A DNA stretch of 64,000 bases from Leucoraja erinacea. Taxonomy: Eukaryota. Both the position numbers and the translations under genes were made by a program. Below, in pieces: positions 26,001 to 37,897 of this stretch; the stretch's first letter is position 1; each line of letters begins with the position of its first letter. The notes under the pieces were generated by a model. It was not told where the DNA came from and made no database searches. It saw nothing but the letters and a program-made list of their open reading frames with translations. The stretch spans positions 29,574,001-29,638,000 of the forward strand of contig NC_073400.1 in the NCBI RefSeq assembly GCF_028641065.1, in the 5' to 3' direction.

Positions 26001-27027
26001 CTCCTCCCCTTCCCAGCTCTCCCTCAGCCCTCGGGCTTCTCCTCCTCCTAACCCTAACCCCCCACCAGTCTGAAGAAGGGTTTTGGCCCGAAACGTTGCC
26101 TATTTCCTTCGCTCCATAGATGCTGCTGCACCCACTGAGTTTCTCCAGCATTTTTGTGTACCTGGGATTTTCCAGCATCTGCAGTTCCTTCTTAAACATC
26201 TCTTGACTCTTGACTTGGACGTAAGCATGAAAGGGTTCTTGGGGAAAAAAGAGGTACCTTAAATTTAGTTGCGTCTGTTTGGGTAACTATGGTAGGGTGA
26301 AGACTATTCCATGCTTTAATTGTGCGGGGTTACTCCATGGAGCAGCCAGCAACTCTGGATAGAAGAAATTGGGTGACGTTTCGGGTAGAGACCCTTCTTT
26401 ACCCTCCCTCTGGTTTTAGTGTTTTTAGTTTAATTTAAAGATACAGCGTGGAAACAGGCCCTTCGGCCCACCGAGTCCACGCCGACCACCGATCACCTGT
26501 ACACTAGTTCTATCCCACACATTAGCGGAGTAAGTCAAGAGTCAAGAGTGTTTTGTTCACTCACGTCCCAGTTAGAACAATGAAATCCTTACTAGCAGCA
26601 GCACAACAGAATATGTAAACATAGTACTCTGTAAACAATGTTATAAACGAGAAAACAGAACGGNNNNNNNNNNNNNNNNNNNNNNNNNNNNNNNNNNNNN
26701 NNNNNNNNNNNNNNNNNNNNNNNNNNNNNNNNNNNNNNNNNNNNNNNNNNNNNNNNNNNNNNNNNNNNNNNNNNNNNNNNNNNNNNNNNNNNNNNNNNNN
26801 NNNNNNNNNNNNNNNNNNNNNNNNNNNNNNNNNNNNNNNNNNNNNNNNNNNNNNNNNNNNNNNNNNNNNNNNNNNNNNNNNNNNNACGTATCTCCTCAAA
26901 AACCTGACACAAAAAAGCGGAGATTTTTACAATTTCCGTAGCGATTTATCTTAGGAGTTCAGAAATCCATTCCTTGGTCAATTATTTCCCCAGATTTTGA
27001 ATAAATCTCTCTCCCCACCCCTCCCCC

Positions 27028-27067
<40 letters not shown>

Positions 27068-30000
27068 CACCTCTCTCTCCTTCTCTCCCCCACCTCTCTC
27101 TCTCGTTCCCTCATCTCCGTCTCCCTCCCCCCCCCCCCCCCCCTCTCTCCCCCCCCCCTTCCCTGTACCCCCCTCCTTCCCTGCCCTCCCCCCCTCCCTC
27201 CCTCTTCCCCCCTTCTCTCTCTGCCCTCACTCTCTAACCCCCCCCCCCCCTTCCTCTCTAGACGCGCCTGCGAGTTGGGGGCTATGCGTCAGTAGATAGG
27301 GCGGTTGTGGGGTAAAAGGAGCAAATGAATAATATTAATATATTGACAAGGGGGGGTTAGTTAGCGTGTGTGCGAGGGGGTAGTTAGTGTGTGTGGGGGT
27401 GGTTAATGTGTGTGACGCCGCATGCCACTCCCCCCCCCCCCTCTCCCCTCGCAACCGCACGTTGGGGGTACATACACAACGGGTCTCCACTTGGTCTAGT
27501 TACGCTTCAAATTCTCAAATTGACAAGAGGTCCGTTTTGTTTAAAATTTAGATGTTTATTTTGTTAGTTCACTAATCCTCGTGGGTAGAATGTTGGTCAA
27601 CAGCGCTCCCGCAATGAGTAATCATTTACTTCTCATTTTGTTTTGCCTCTGTTGTGCTTTTGTCTAATTCAGCAAGGCCCAGCCTTAACCCTGATGCTGT
27701 TGTGAAACTGATTGTGAGTGAGAGGGGATCACTATCCAGAATCCCATATATTTTCCTGGACGTATTTTCTCACTCGGTCATTAAAGCGAGCCATTTAGTT
27801 GGTAGCTATAGTGAGGTAATTTGCCGAATATTGTACTCTGTGGTCTCCTTCCATTCACAACTGCTGGATCTTCTGGGAAGTCACCAGCCGACACTAAGGC
27901 CGGGAGATGCCGCTCCCAGCAGCGTGACGAGCGATAGAAACGCCGGCAATGCTGAGGGGGCAGAGACAATGTTGGTTTGGAAGATAGACACAATATACTG
28001 GAGTAACTCAGCTGGTCAGACAGCATCTATGGAACTAAGGGATAGGTGCTGTTTCGAGATCTAGACTCTTCTACAGAGTCAGGGGAAATGGAAGAGGTAT
28101 AGACGGTTGTGTAGAGAGATATAGAACAAATGAATGAAAGATATGTAAACAAGTAACAATGGTAAAGGAAACAGGCCATTGCTGTGCGGTGAGTGAGAAC
28201 TAGTTACAGACAATGAGATTCAACAAGAAGCTGGTGCAACTTGGGTAGGGGAGGGATGGACAGAGGGGGGGATGTAAGGTTTACTTGATATCAATATTCA
28301 TACCATTGAGGTGTAATTTGCCGACGGGAAATATGAGATGTTGTTTCCTACCACTAGGTTGGAGATGGCAGAGACGTTTCCAATTGAAACGAGGGCAAGT
28401 CCATTCAGTGATGGATGATCTGGTCCAGTGTTGGTGCGGGGGTGAATGTTGTCCAACACACCCCTCATCATTCCGAATATTCAGCTGATTTTTCCTGTTC
28501 ATTTTCAGAAGATTTGACCTCTCAGTTTCAGGTGCGGTGTGGGGGAAGGAACATGTAAGAGGAGTTGTGGGAAGAGCGATCACAATCGATTGTCACTATG
28601 AAGCAAAGTACCGCTCACACACAAAATACTGGTGTCAAGGGTGGACCCGCCATTGTATAGTTGTATTGGAAACAAATGGGCAACACGGACGGAATGGAAG
28701 AGCGTCAATCACCGATAACCCGGCACGAGGAATATTTACCGTGACTGTGGAGGATCTTCGCTCTGGAGATACTGGATGGTACAACTGTGGAATTACTACA
28801 TCTGGCTACGATCCATTGTTTAACATTTATCTCCAAGTATCTGACGGTACGTTTCGCAGCGATTGACTTGACGTCTCCACTGAAATGCCTGATCCATGTT
28901 TTCTCCGGGAAGGGTCAGGGCAGCACCGATATCCCGAGGCTCCGCAGCAGTGCAGAGACCTGCGGGGAGCGGGCGGGGGTCGGGAAACCCCACTCATGTT
29001 GCTCTCACCCAGTGCCGGCTCTGTCCCGCTCAGCACATTTCCCTGCCTCTGAACTGTATGAAATGTCACCCTGTCAGAGGTTTGCATTCCCACTAAAACT
29101 AATAATCCGACAGATCAGGTAGAAACAAGTGGTCTGGTCTGAATACCTGGAGAATCATAAACAGGGAATCAGTCCCGTGAGTTCAACAGACTGCATTCAA
29201 TACTCCCGGGGCAGGCCAGCCCGCACCCCGCCCCCACCTCAGGGACCATACACCCTCTCCCCACCCAGCGGTCTCTCTCCCTCTATCCCGTCAATGCGCC
29301 CCCACCCCCAGCAGCCACTCACCACTGACCACCCACCGCCCGGCAGCCAGCCAGCCTCTCCACCCGGCCCAATCTCGGTGGAAATTTGAGTAAAGCAATC
29401 CTAATCAGACCTTTCAGGAAACTCCCGGCGACCTCCAGCTTCCCCGAGTTTCTGGGATTCTCAGACTGACAATATCTCTCGCTGTCTCCACCCCGATATC
29501 AGCATCAGTGGGTTCCCTTCCTGTTGCAGGTCACTTAATCCAAGCACAACTATAGCCTCTCTCTATAGCCACCGAACATTGGACAGGTGTACGACACGTG
29601 AACAAAACCATAAGTGCTGGAAGAACTTAGTGGGTCAGGTAGCATCTGTGGAGGCAATGGACAAAACCAACTCGAGTCTGAAGAAGGGTTTCGGCCCGAA
29701 ACGTCGCCTATTTCCTTCGCTCCATAGATGCTGCTGCACCCACTGAGTTTCTCCAGCATTTTTGTGTACCTTCGATCTTCCAGCATCTGCAGTTCCTTCT
29801 TGAACACTCGAGTCGTGACCCTCCTTCAGACAGACGGAATGAGGGAGGAGAAAACTGGAATTGAGAGATGGGAACGGCACNNNNNNNNNNNNNNNNNNNN
29901 NNNNNNNNNNNNNNNNNNNNNNNNNNNNNNNNNNNNNNNNNNNNNNNNNNNNNNNNNNNNNNNNNNNNNNNNNNNNNNNNNNNNNNNNNNNNNNNNNNNN

Positions 30001-33000
30001 NNNNNNNNNNNNNNNNNNNNNNNNNNNNNNNNNNNNNNNNNNNNNNNNNNNNNNAGACGGGTGGAGTGATATAAGTGAGGAGGAGACCAGATAAGGAGAG
30101 GAGGAACAGTGAAATGTGAAGCAGGATTGAGGGAGGGATGGAGGGATGGAATTGACCGCGTGGAGGGGAACGGGGGCGGTATACAAAGGAAACGGGGAAC
30201 TCGGTGGGAGATGTGACGAGTTTATGAATGTACAGAAGCGGGGATGGTGGAAGGGTGGCTGGGATGGGGTGGAAGTTTCATGGGGGGGAGGGACGGTAGT
30301 GAGGCATTAATTGAAATCCGCGAATACAAATGTTCATACCGTTGCGTTGGCCGATTGTTAAGGGGAATATGAGTTGCTGTTTCTGTTTCAAAATAGTTTT
30401 GGCAATGGATGGACCTAAACAGGACAGAAAGGGGTGAACGGGAAGGTGACGTAAACGATTAGCAACCAGCATCCCCAGGCTCGCTCGTGGCAAGTGTTCA
30501 GCGAACCGGTCTCCAAGCCTCCGTTTGGGCTGGCCGATGTCAAGGTCGAGGTCATATTGCGAGCACCGAAGGCAGGAGACGAGGTTCGCGTGTACCTCTT
30601 CAAAAGTCGAGGTACAAGGGTGCCAGAATGGGAGAGTCGTTTATATTCAGGTGTTGACTTTGTATCCATTATTTGCTCCTTTCCCACAGAACCTGTGTCT
30701 GTTCCTGTGCTTGGATTACTATCACCAGCCAATGTCCCCAGTGTCGGAGGCTCAGTGACAATGTCCTGTAAGTCTGAGCGGGGATCTCTTCCCATTCGCT
30801 ACACCTGGTATGAAAATACCTTAAAGATCTCAAATAACAACCTGGATCTACGTTGTCAATACTTCAAACAACAAAGCCATCAATATTACTGCAAAGCCTC
30901 AAATAATAACGGGACAGAGTCCAGTGAAATGGTCACTGTGGCAGTGTCCAACACCGGAGAGAATTGCAGTTATATGGTGCATTTCGGTAACAATGGTAAG
31001 TACGAAACGTTACCCTGCCCAGGGCCCCGAAATCTAGGGGCCTCGGCCAAAGCAGGGCTCGAAATTTACTGTTGCCCAGGTGCCAATGGCCATCTAACGT
31101 CCTGCCGGGCAACCTAAAAGTTTTGTCATTTTGCCTGGCATGGCAAGCACCCGGGACACCTGCCGTTTAACTCTGAGTGAGTCCCCTCTTTATCTCTCTC
31201 TCTCTGTTACTCTCCGTCTCCGCCCGCCATCCGTGTCTGGGCCGCCGGGCTCCTCGTCCGCCGGCACGGCCGGCCGCCTCGCACATGCGCACTGCTACGG
31301 CCAGCACATCTTCCCCCTGCACATGGGGTAGAGAGGGAGGGATAGATCTGCCGTGATTGAATGGTGGAGCAGACTGTTTGGTCAGTCCCATATCTGAGGA
31401 AGGATGTGCTTGTTCTGGAGAGGGTCCAGAGGAGGTTTACATGAACGATCCCAGGAATGAGTGGGTTAACATTTGATGAGTGTTTAAGAGGGAACTGCAG
31501 ATGCTGGAGAATCGAAGGTTACACAGAAAAGCTGGAGAAACTCAGCGGGTGCAGCAGCATCTATGGAGCGAAGGAGAAGGGTTTCGGCCCGAAACGTTGC
31601 CTATTTCCTTCGCTCCATAGATGCTGCTGCACCCGCTGAGTTTCTCCAGCTTTTCTGTGTAACATATGATGAGTGTTTGACAGCACTGGGCCTGTACTCG
31701 CTGGAGTTTGGAAGGGTGAGGGAGGCCCTTTTTGAAACTTACTGAATAATGAAAGGCCTGGATAGAGTGGATGTGGAGAAGATGTTTCCACTAGTGAGAT
31801 AATCTAGGGCCAGAGGTCATAGCCTCAGAATTAAAGAGTGTTTCTTTAGGAAGGAATTCTTAAGCAAGACGGTAGTGAATCTGTGGAATTTATTGCCACA
31901 GAATATTGTGGAGGCCAAGTCAATGGATATTTTAAGGCGGAGATAGTACGGGTATCAGGGGTTATGGGGAGAAGGCAGGAGAATAGGGTTAGGAGTGAGA
32001 GATAGATCAGCCATGATTGAATGATGGAGTAGACTTGATGGGCCGAATGACCTAATTCTGCTCCTATCGCTTATGAACATGAACTGATGAACTTGATGTG
32101 CCAAATGGCCTAATTCTGCTCCTATGCCTTATGAACTTAAGATTGCAAGTGAAAAGCAGGTGATGCTGAATTGTATTTCCTTGACCCAACAGAACATAAA
32201 GTGACTGAACGAATGATGACTACACCTTTTGCAAGTACAGTAAAAAGATCCAATGAGAGTCAAAATGACTCCACCCGATCCACCTGCACTGAATGGTACA
32301 ATTATGTTATTACTGCTGTTGTGATTGGCTCTGCTTCCTTATGATATTTAATTGGAAGAGAATTTCCTCTTTCATTTGCTAGTTAAGTGCATCAGAGTAT
32401 TGACTTCAATCGATTCAAATGTTGAGATCGGAGTACGAGAATGATCTAAGATCCAGCATACACTCAATGGGCCAAATGGACTCTAGCTATTTTTTTGGGT
32501 TTTTAGTTTTAAAGAAACAGCACGGAAACAGGCCCTTCCACCCTATGAGTCCATGACATCCATAGATCAGTCTGAAGAAGTGACTCAACATGAAAAACAT
32601 CATCTATTCCTTCTCTCCAGAGGTGCTGTCTGACCCGCTGAGTTACTCCAGCTTTTTGTGTCGATCTTCCATCCCCCCGTTAACATTAGTTCTGTGTTGT
32701 ACCACCTTATTGTTCACTTCCTACACATTAAGGGCGATTTTACAGATGCCAATTAACCTCCAAACCCGCATGCCTTTAGGATGTGGGAGCAAACCAGAGC
32801 ACCTGCAGGAGAACCACGCGGTCATAGGGAGAATGTAGAAATCCACGCAGATAACATCCTGAGTTCAGGATCGAACCCAGGTGTCTAGCGCCTTAAGAGA
32901 GCAGCTCTATCAAATGTGTCAATGTAACAAAAAAAAGATGAGAGAGTAATTTTTGATTCATCTCTTGATGATACACCTCCATAAGATCACCCCTCGTCCT

Positions 33001-34443
33001 CCTGCTCTCCAAGAAATAATCACCTAGCTTGCTCAACCTTTCCCTATACATCAGTCCCTCGAGTCCCGGCAACATCCTCGTTAATCTTCTCTGCACCCTT
33101 TCCAGCTTGACAAAATCTTTCCTGTAACATGGCGACCAGAAATGCACACAATACCCTCAATGTGATGAGGTTCCAGGGTTACGCAGAATGACATCTGATC
33201 ACATAGGATTTAAGGCACAGAAAAGATCAACTGAACTGGTCCCATGCTGGTGTTTACATACCACTCGTCACTTCTCCCATCTTTTTTTATCTAACTTTAT
33301 CAACGCTAGACACAAAATGCTGGAGTAACTCAGCGAGTCAGGCAGCATCTCTGAAGAACATGGATAGGTGAAGTTTCGGGTCGAGATCCTGGACGGTGGA
33401 ATTTCCCAGGTGAACTACCTGGGCTCTGTTGCTGTACCCTGCTCCATGCAGAGATTTCACAGCAATCAGGCTATGAATGTTTCCAACACGAACAAGTCTG
33501 TTTCCTCCCACTGATTCTGTATCTTTCCCCCTTTGCTCAGTTACACGATATGGAATGTGGGACGCTGGCTGTACTTCGCTCTGCTTGGGATCTGCAGCAT
33601 CTCAGTCTCATTGTTCACAAGTATAAGGAAGGTATGTTTTGCGGAGATCATCAGAATCGCTGAATGCTTCCAAATGCTGTCCATTAATACCTTCAAACAT
33701 GCTGATAAAATAAAACAAACGAAAAGCGTTTAGATAAAGTACTTCACAAATATAGGCCAAACCAATGCTCTACGAAGATGATATCAATTGGTCTTGACAA
33801 GATGTTTGTGTGCAGAATGAACTGAAGTGTTTGACGTAGATGTTGTAGTGTCATTGAATCAGAGAAATACAACTGGGAAACAGGCCCTTTGACCCACTGT
33901 AACAAACGCAGACCATCTTATCTGAACCCAGTTCCCTCTCCTCTACTTTCAGTTTGAAGAAGGGTCCCGACCTGAAATGTCACCCATCCTTTTTCTCCAG
34001 AGATCGTGCCAGACTCGCTGGGTTACTCCAGCACTTTGTGCCGATCAGGCCATTGATCACCCGTACGCATTAGTTCGATGTTATCCCATTCTCTCATCCC
34101 AACTCCCAACACACTAGGGGAAATTCACATTGGCCAATTAACCTGCAAACCCACAAGTCTTTGGGAGGTGGGAGGAAACCGGAGCTCGCGGAGGAAACCC
34201 ACATGGCCACAGCGAGAACATGTAAACTCCACACAGATAGCATCAAAGTCAAAATCCAAGCAAATTCTTGGACGCTGTGAGGCAGCAGCTCTATCAGCTG
34301 CATCACTGTGCCAATTGGAAGCAGAATTCTGTTGTTAGTGGCCTTGTGAAATACAGCACAATTCCCAGAGTCAATTAATCTGATGACTTCTAAGTTTTTT
34401 TTTGCAGGGACCCATTGAACCAAAACCTCACAGCTTGCCGTAG
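19971..34443 (+). CDS. Gene B: two-Ig-domain (V + C2) activating-type CD300/MDIR-like receptor, join(19971..20028,28526..28846,30690..30995,32193..32295,33541..33631,34408..34443), 304 aa
   Basis: Phases 1,1,1,2,0 are compatible and the 915 nt are open to TAG. Caveat: N-gaps in introns 1 and 2 could hide exons or join two genes. Confidence 0.78.
21031..25203 (-). mobile_element. Degenerate DIRS1-like tyrosine-recombinase retrotransposon in gene B intron 1
   Basis: Minus-strand motifs: RT (IIIDLISLNKSVEYIHFKMET, ASIDMEDA, PNGLTSA, LDDILI ~23110-23450), RNase H (DASTLGWG ~22780), methyltransferase-like PPFCLI/VPDRPTQPWFP (~22180-22265) and YR C-terminus (WLKQV...PHST ~21310-21370). CCGAAGT is repeated at both ends. 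Many frameshifts. Confidence 0.8.
25252..26198 (+). mobile_element. Penelope-like element with inverted 5' pLTR
   Basis: GIY-YIG ORF 25679..25990 (IYCIRCSRCQLIYIGETKRRLGDRFAEHLRS) flanked by oppositely oriented copies of the pLTR/hammerhead unit. Confidence 0.85.
26664..26885. other. Assembly gap (222 N)
   Basis: Run of N. Confidence 1.
26886..27499 (+). mobile_element. Possible non-autonomous Helitron-like repeat with internal (CT)n/poly-C
   Basis: Ends in ...ccacttggtCTAG followed by T; low-complexity interior; no coding evidence. Confidence 0.3.
28526..28846 (+). CDS. Gene B exon 2: Ig V-set domain, CD300/pIgR type
   Basis: ITIDCHYEAKYRSHTKYWCQGWTRHC...DTGWYNCGI; 321 nt like gene A; same splice-site context; ORF 28537..28866. 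Confidence 0.95.
29674..29708 (+). ncRNA. Minimal hammerhead-ribozyme-like motif (Penelope pLTR type)
   Basis: CUGAAGA-AGGGUUUCGGCCC-GAAA-CGUC: conserved core boxes, near-palindromic stem II, palindromic ACGU stem III and a GUC cleavage triplet. Confidence 0.55.
29881..30054. other. Assembly gap (174 N)
   Basis: Run of N. Confidence 1.
30690..30995 (+). CDS. Gene B exon 3: Ig C2-type domain (FcRL/PECAM-like GSLPIRYTW motif)
   Basis: EPVSVPVL...GGSVTMSCKSERGSLPIRYTWY...YYCKASNNNGTESS; acceptor ttcccacag, donor G|GTAAGT; phase 1-1. Confidence 0.92.
32193..32295 (+). CDS. Gene B exon 4: stalk EHKVTERMMTTPFASTVKRSNESQNDSTRSTCTE(C)
   Basis: Acceptor resembles the gene A stalk acceptor; same length (103 nt) and phase 1 to 2; donor GTACAA is weak. 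Confidence 0.75.
33541..33631 (+). CDS. Gene B exon 5: TM with arginine, YTIWNVGRWLYFALLGICSISVSLFTSIRK
   Basis: Long pyrimidine tract plus cag; donor AAG|GTATGT; lies within ORF 33533..33733. Confidence 0.88.
34408..34443 (+). CDS. Gene B exon 6: short tail GPIEPKPHSLP*
   Basis: Poly-T tract plus gcag acceptor, phase 0, TAG at 34441-34443. Confidence 0.65.
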   Translation, partial: GPIEPKPHSLP

Positions 34444-35098
34444 AAGGCAGAATGAAGATCCACTGGTGATAGTGACTGAGAAACAACTCTCCAACAAGAC
34501 CAAATGATCATTATTATTTTGAATGAATGAATGATTGAAATAATTAATTAATTAATACTTTATTGTCACGTGTGACAAGTCACAGTGAAATTCTTTGCTT
34601 GCTAACCCAAGGTATGCAAATAGTCGCCCATAAAGGGCATTGACAAAGTGTTTTTCATTTTGCTTTCATAATAGACTGCACAGAATTAATGCTTCTTCTG
34701 CTAAAATTATTAACTTAGTTTACACAATATTCACTCAGTAAAGGTGCCATTTAAACAATGTTGCTAGCCTTTATAGCAATGACTTATTATTTTGTGTTGT
34801 GTAGCATGACATTGCAGTTATGTGGAATAAATTGTATTCAATCCTGGAAATGCCTCATGGTTTTAACTGTGAAGAATATTTAGAAGAGGGAAACTATAAG
34901 CTATGACATCCCATCAGATCAAATGTTCTGGAAGTACTTTTTCTCATGAGAACATCACTGTAATATACTTTGCTGAGCTGTTTTCAAGTCAAGTCTGTCA
35001 TTCTTATGTGCACGTATGGTGAGGTGCAGATACAATGAAAATCACGCTTGTGGCAACATCACATACACGTAGACACATAAAAATATAAATGATACATA

Positions 35099-35417
35099 GG
35101 GCGGCACGGGTGTACAGCGGTGGTGTTGCTGCCTTCATTTCAGCGCCAGGGACGCGGGTTCGATACGGGTGCTGTCTGTACGGAGTTTGTATGTTCTCCC
35201 CATGACCAAGTGGGTTTTCTCTGAGATCTTTGGTTTCTTCCCACACTCCAAAGACGTGCAGGTTTGTAGGTTAATTGGCTTTGGTAAAATTGTAAATTGA
35301 CCCTAGTGTATGCAGGATAGTGCTGGTGTGCGGAGGAGATAGCTGGTTGGCGTCAACTAGGTGGGCCAAAGGTCCTGTTTCCATGCTGTATCTCTAAACT
35401 AAACTCAACTCAACTAA
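35099..35417 (+). mobile_element. V-SINE (HE1-like)
   Basis: Full head, core and tail with (CTAAA)n-like end. Confidence 0.8.
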
Positions 35418-35519
35418 GACGTCCAATTCCACTGAAGGAAAGTCACCGTATCTCTCAAACTAATTGGCACTTTACTCAAAGCAATGGGTTCCATCTGACA
35501 ATCTTGTTCTCTTTAGTCA

Positions 35520-35834
35520 CTGCATGTGAAAACAGGTGAGACTTAATTTTATTTCCTTGCCTCAACAGAACTTGAATGAACTTATGAAGGAATGATGAAT
35601 GAATGAATAGGTTTATGAATGAATAGGTTTATTGACCAAGTATTCACATACAATGAATTTGCCTTGGTGCTCCGCCCGCAATTGCAATATGACATACAGT
35701 GACATTAGGAGTGACACCTAAAACATTAAACATTAACAATAACATACATTTTAATAACAGAACCAATGACAACCACACTATCTCCAATTACAAGATTGAT
35801 ATCAACAGTACTCAAAACAAATATAGTGCAAGGT
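35520..35834 (+). pseudogene. Orphan/degenerate stalk-exon paralog fragments
   Basis: 35520-35600 aligns with the intron/acceptor region of gene B exon 4 (32144-32220). 35761-35832 reads EPMTTTLSPITRLISTVLKTNIVQ between ag and gt. Confidence 0.45.
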
Positions 35835-37094
35835 ATATTCTTCTCAACTTTTTTTACGCGCTGGAACTGAATCCATGTCGAGGACATTCGGTTGATTTTG
35901 TATTGTTAAACGCAAGCAACAAGAGTGCTTGATTGTCATATGTACCGACAGAGGGGAAATATATTGCTTTGTTTCAGTAGCACAACGAATCTGCAGATTT
36001 ATAGAGATGTACAGCACGGAAACAGGCCCTTTAGCCCAACTTGCCCACATCAACTAAGATGCCCCATCTACTCTAGTTCCTCCTGCCAGCGTTTGGTCCA
36101 TCTCCTGCTAAACCAGTCCAATTCATGTAACTGTCCAAATGCCTTTAAAATATTTTTGTAGCACCTGCCTCAAATACCTCATCAGTTAGCTCATTCCATA
36201 CACCCACAACTAACTGTGTAAAAAAATGATGCCCCTCAGGATCCTATTAAATATTTTCCCTTTCACCTGAAGCCTTGTCCCCTGGGTCTTGATTCCCCTA
36301 CTCTAGGTAAGAGACTTGTTTCCCTTGCCCCTAACTCTGTCTGAAGAGAGGTCTCGACTCAAAACACCACTTATTCCTTTACTCCAAAGATGCTGCCTCG
36401 CCCAATGAGTAACTAGGTTTTAGAGTCTATCTTCGGTTTGAATGAGCATCTGCAGTTCCTTCCAACAAATACCCTATCTATTCCCCTCATTGTGCTTGTA
36501 TACACAATGCATACACTTAATAGAAAATGTACAAAAATGAATTAGTTAATAAGTCCAATAAGGACAAAAAAGAACTGATGTCTTTAGTGCAACCAAAGAC
36601 TGCCCATACATGATAGTTGAGGTTAGTGTGCAGTGTTCAAAAGCCTAATTGTTGCTGCTGAGAAGCTGTTCTTGAACCTGGAGGTCACGGTTTTCAGGCT
36701 CCTGTACCTTCTTCCCAATGGCAGGAGTGAAATGAGAGTGTGGTCAGTGTCATAGAGTCATACAGTGTGGAAACAGGCCATTCGGCCCAACTCGCCCACA
36801 CCCGCCAACAATGTCCCAGGTACACTAGTCCCACTTGCCTGTGCTTGGTCCATATCCCTCCAAACTTGGCCTATCCATGTATCTGTGTAACTTAAACTTC
36901 TTAAACGATCAGATAGTCCCAGCCTCAACTACCTCCTCTGGCATTTTGTTCCATATACCCACCACCCATTGTGCGAAAACGTTACCCCTCAGATTCCTAT
37001 TAAATCTTTTCCCCTTCACCTTTAACCTATGTCCTCTGGTCCTCGATTTCCCTACTCTGGGCATAAGACTTTGTGAGTCTACCCGATCTATTCC

Positions 37095-37897
37095 TCTCAT
37101 GATCTTATACACCTCTTTCAGATCACCCATCTGCTCTACAACACTACCCAGAGGCCTGCCATTTACTGTGTAGGTCCAGCCCTTGTTCGACGTCCCAAAA
37201 TGCAACACCTCACACTTCTCTGTATTAAATTCCATCAACCAATGCTCCGGCTACCAGGTCAATCGATCCAGATCCTGCAAAGGGGTTATGAGGAGAAGGC
37301 AGGAGAATGGGGTTAGGAGGGAGAGATAGATGAGCCATGATTGAATGGCGGAGTAGACATCATGGGCCGTATCACTAATGACCTGATGACCGTATTACCA
37401 AATATTCCCCACTCGTGCCAGGTTTTTGACTCTTTTCACCTTTTTCATTACTCTATGAACATTAATTTATGTTTGAAATGTGCTGGGAAAATTTGAAACT
37501 CGAGAGTTAATCTGCAAGATCATTGTGATTTCATACACAATGTCCTGCTGACTTCTTCCTCATTTATGTTCCTCATAACGTTTCTACTTAAACGTTATTT
37601 TGCAATGAAGAGGAAGAGCTGAGAGACTTATGAGTGACAATAAACTTAACTAGCTAACTGACTAACAAAAACCTTCAAAATGTAAACTAACAATTAGTGC
37701 TAAAATATATTTTTGATATAGTCTAGTCGTTTTTGCAAAGTGGAAATATATGCTTCATTGTTATCATGGATAAATGAGGGATTGGAGGGGATGACTGCGG
37801 TGAAAAAGGTCCTTTAATATGTTGGCTGCTTTCTTGAGGCAGGGTGGCACAGTGACACAGCGGTAGAGTTGCTGCCAGACACCTGGGATCAATCCTG
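37095..37897 (+). repeat. Direct duplication copy 1 (803 bp) flanking the L1 insertion
   Basis: About 98% identical by eye to 39971-40768. Confidence 0.92.

Noticed and set aside
26997-27299. Pro/Ser/Leu-rich ORF
   Set aside because: It is the translation of (CT)n and poly-C low-complexity DNA.
30494-30689. N-terminal part of the 207-aa ORF 30494..31117 as coding
   Set aside because: It lies upstream of the acceptor at 30689 and is largely antisense degenerate Penelope sequence; only 30690-30995 is exon.
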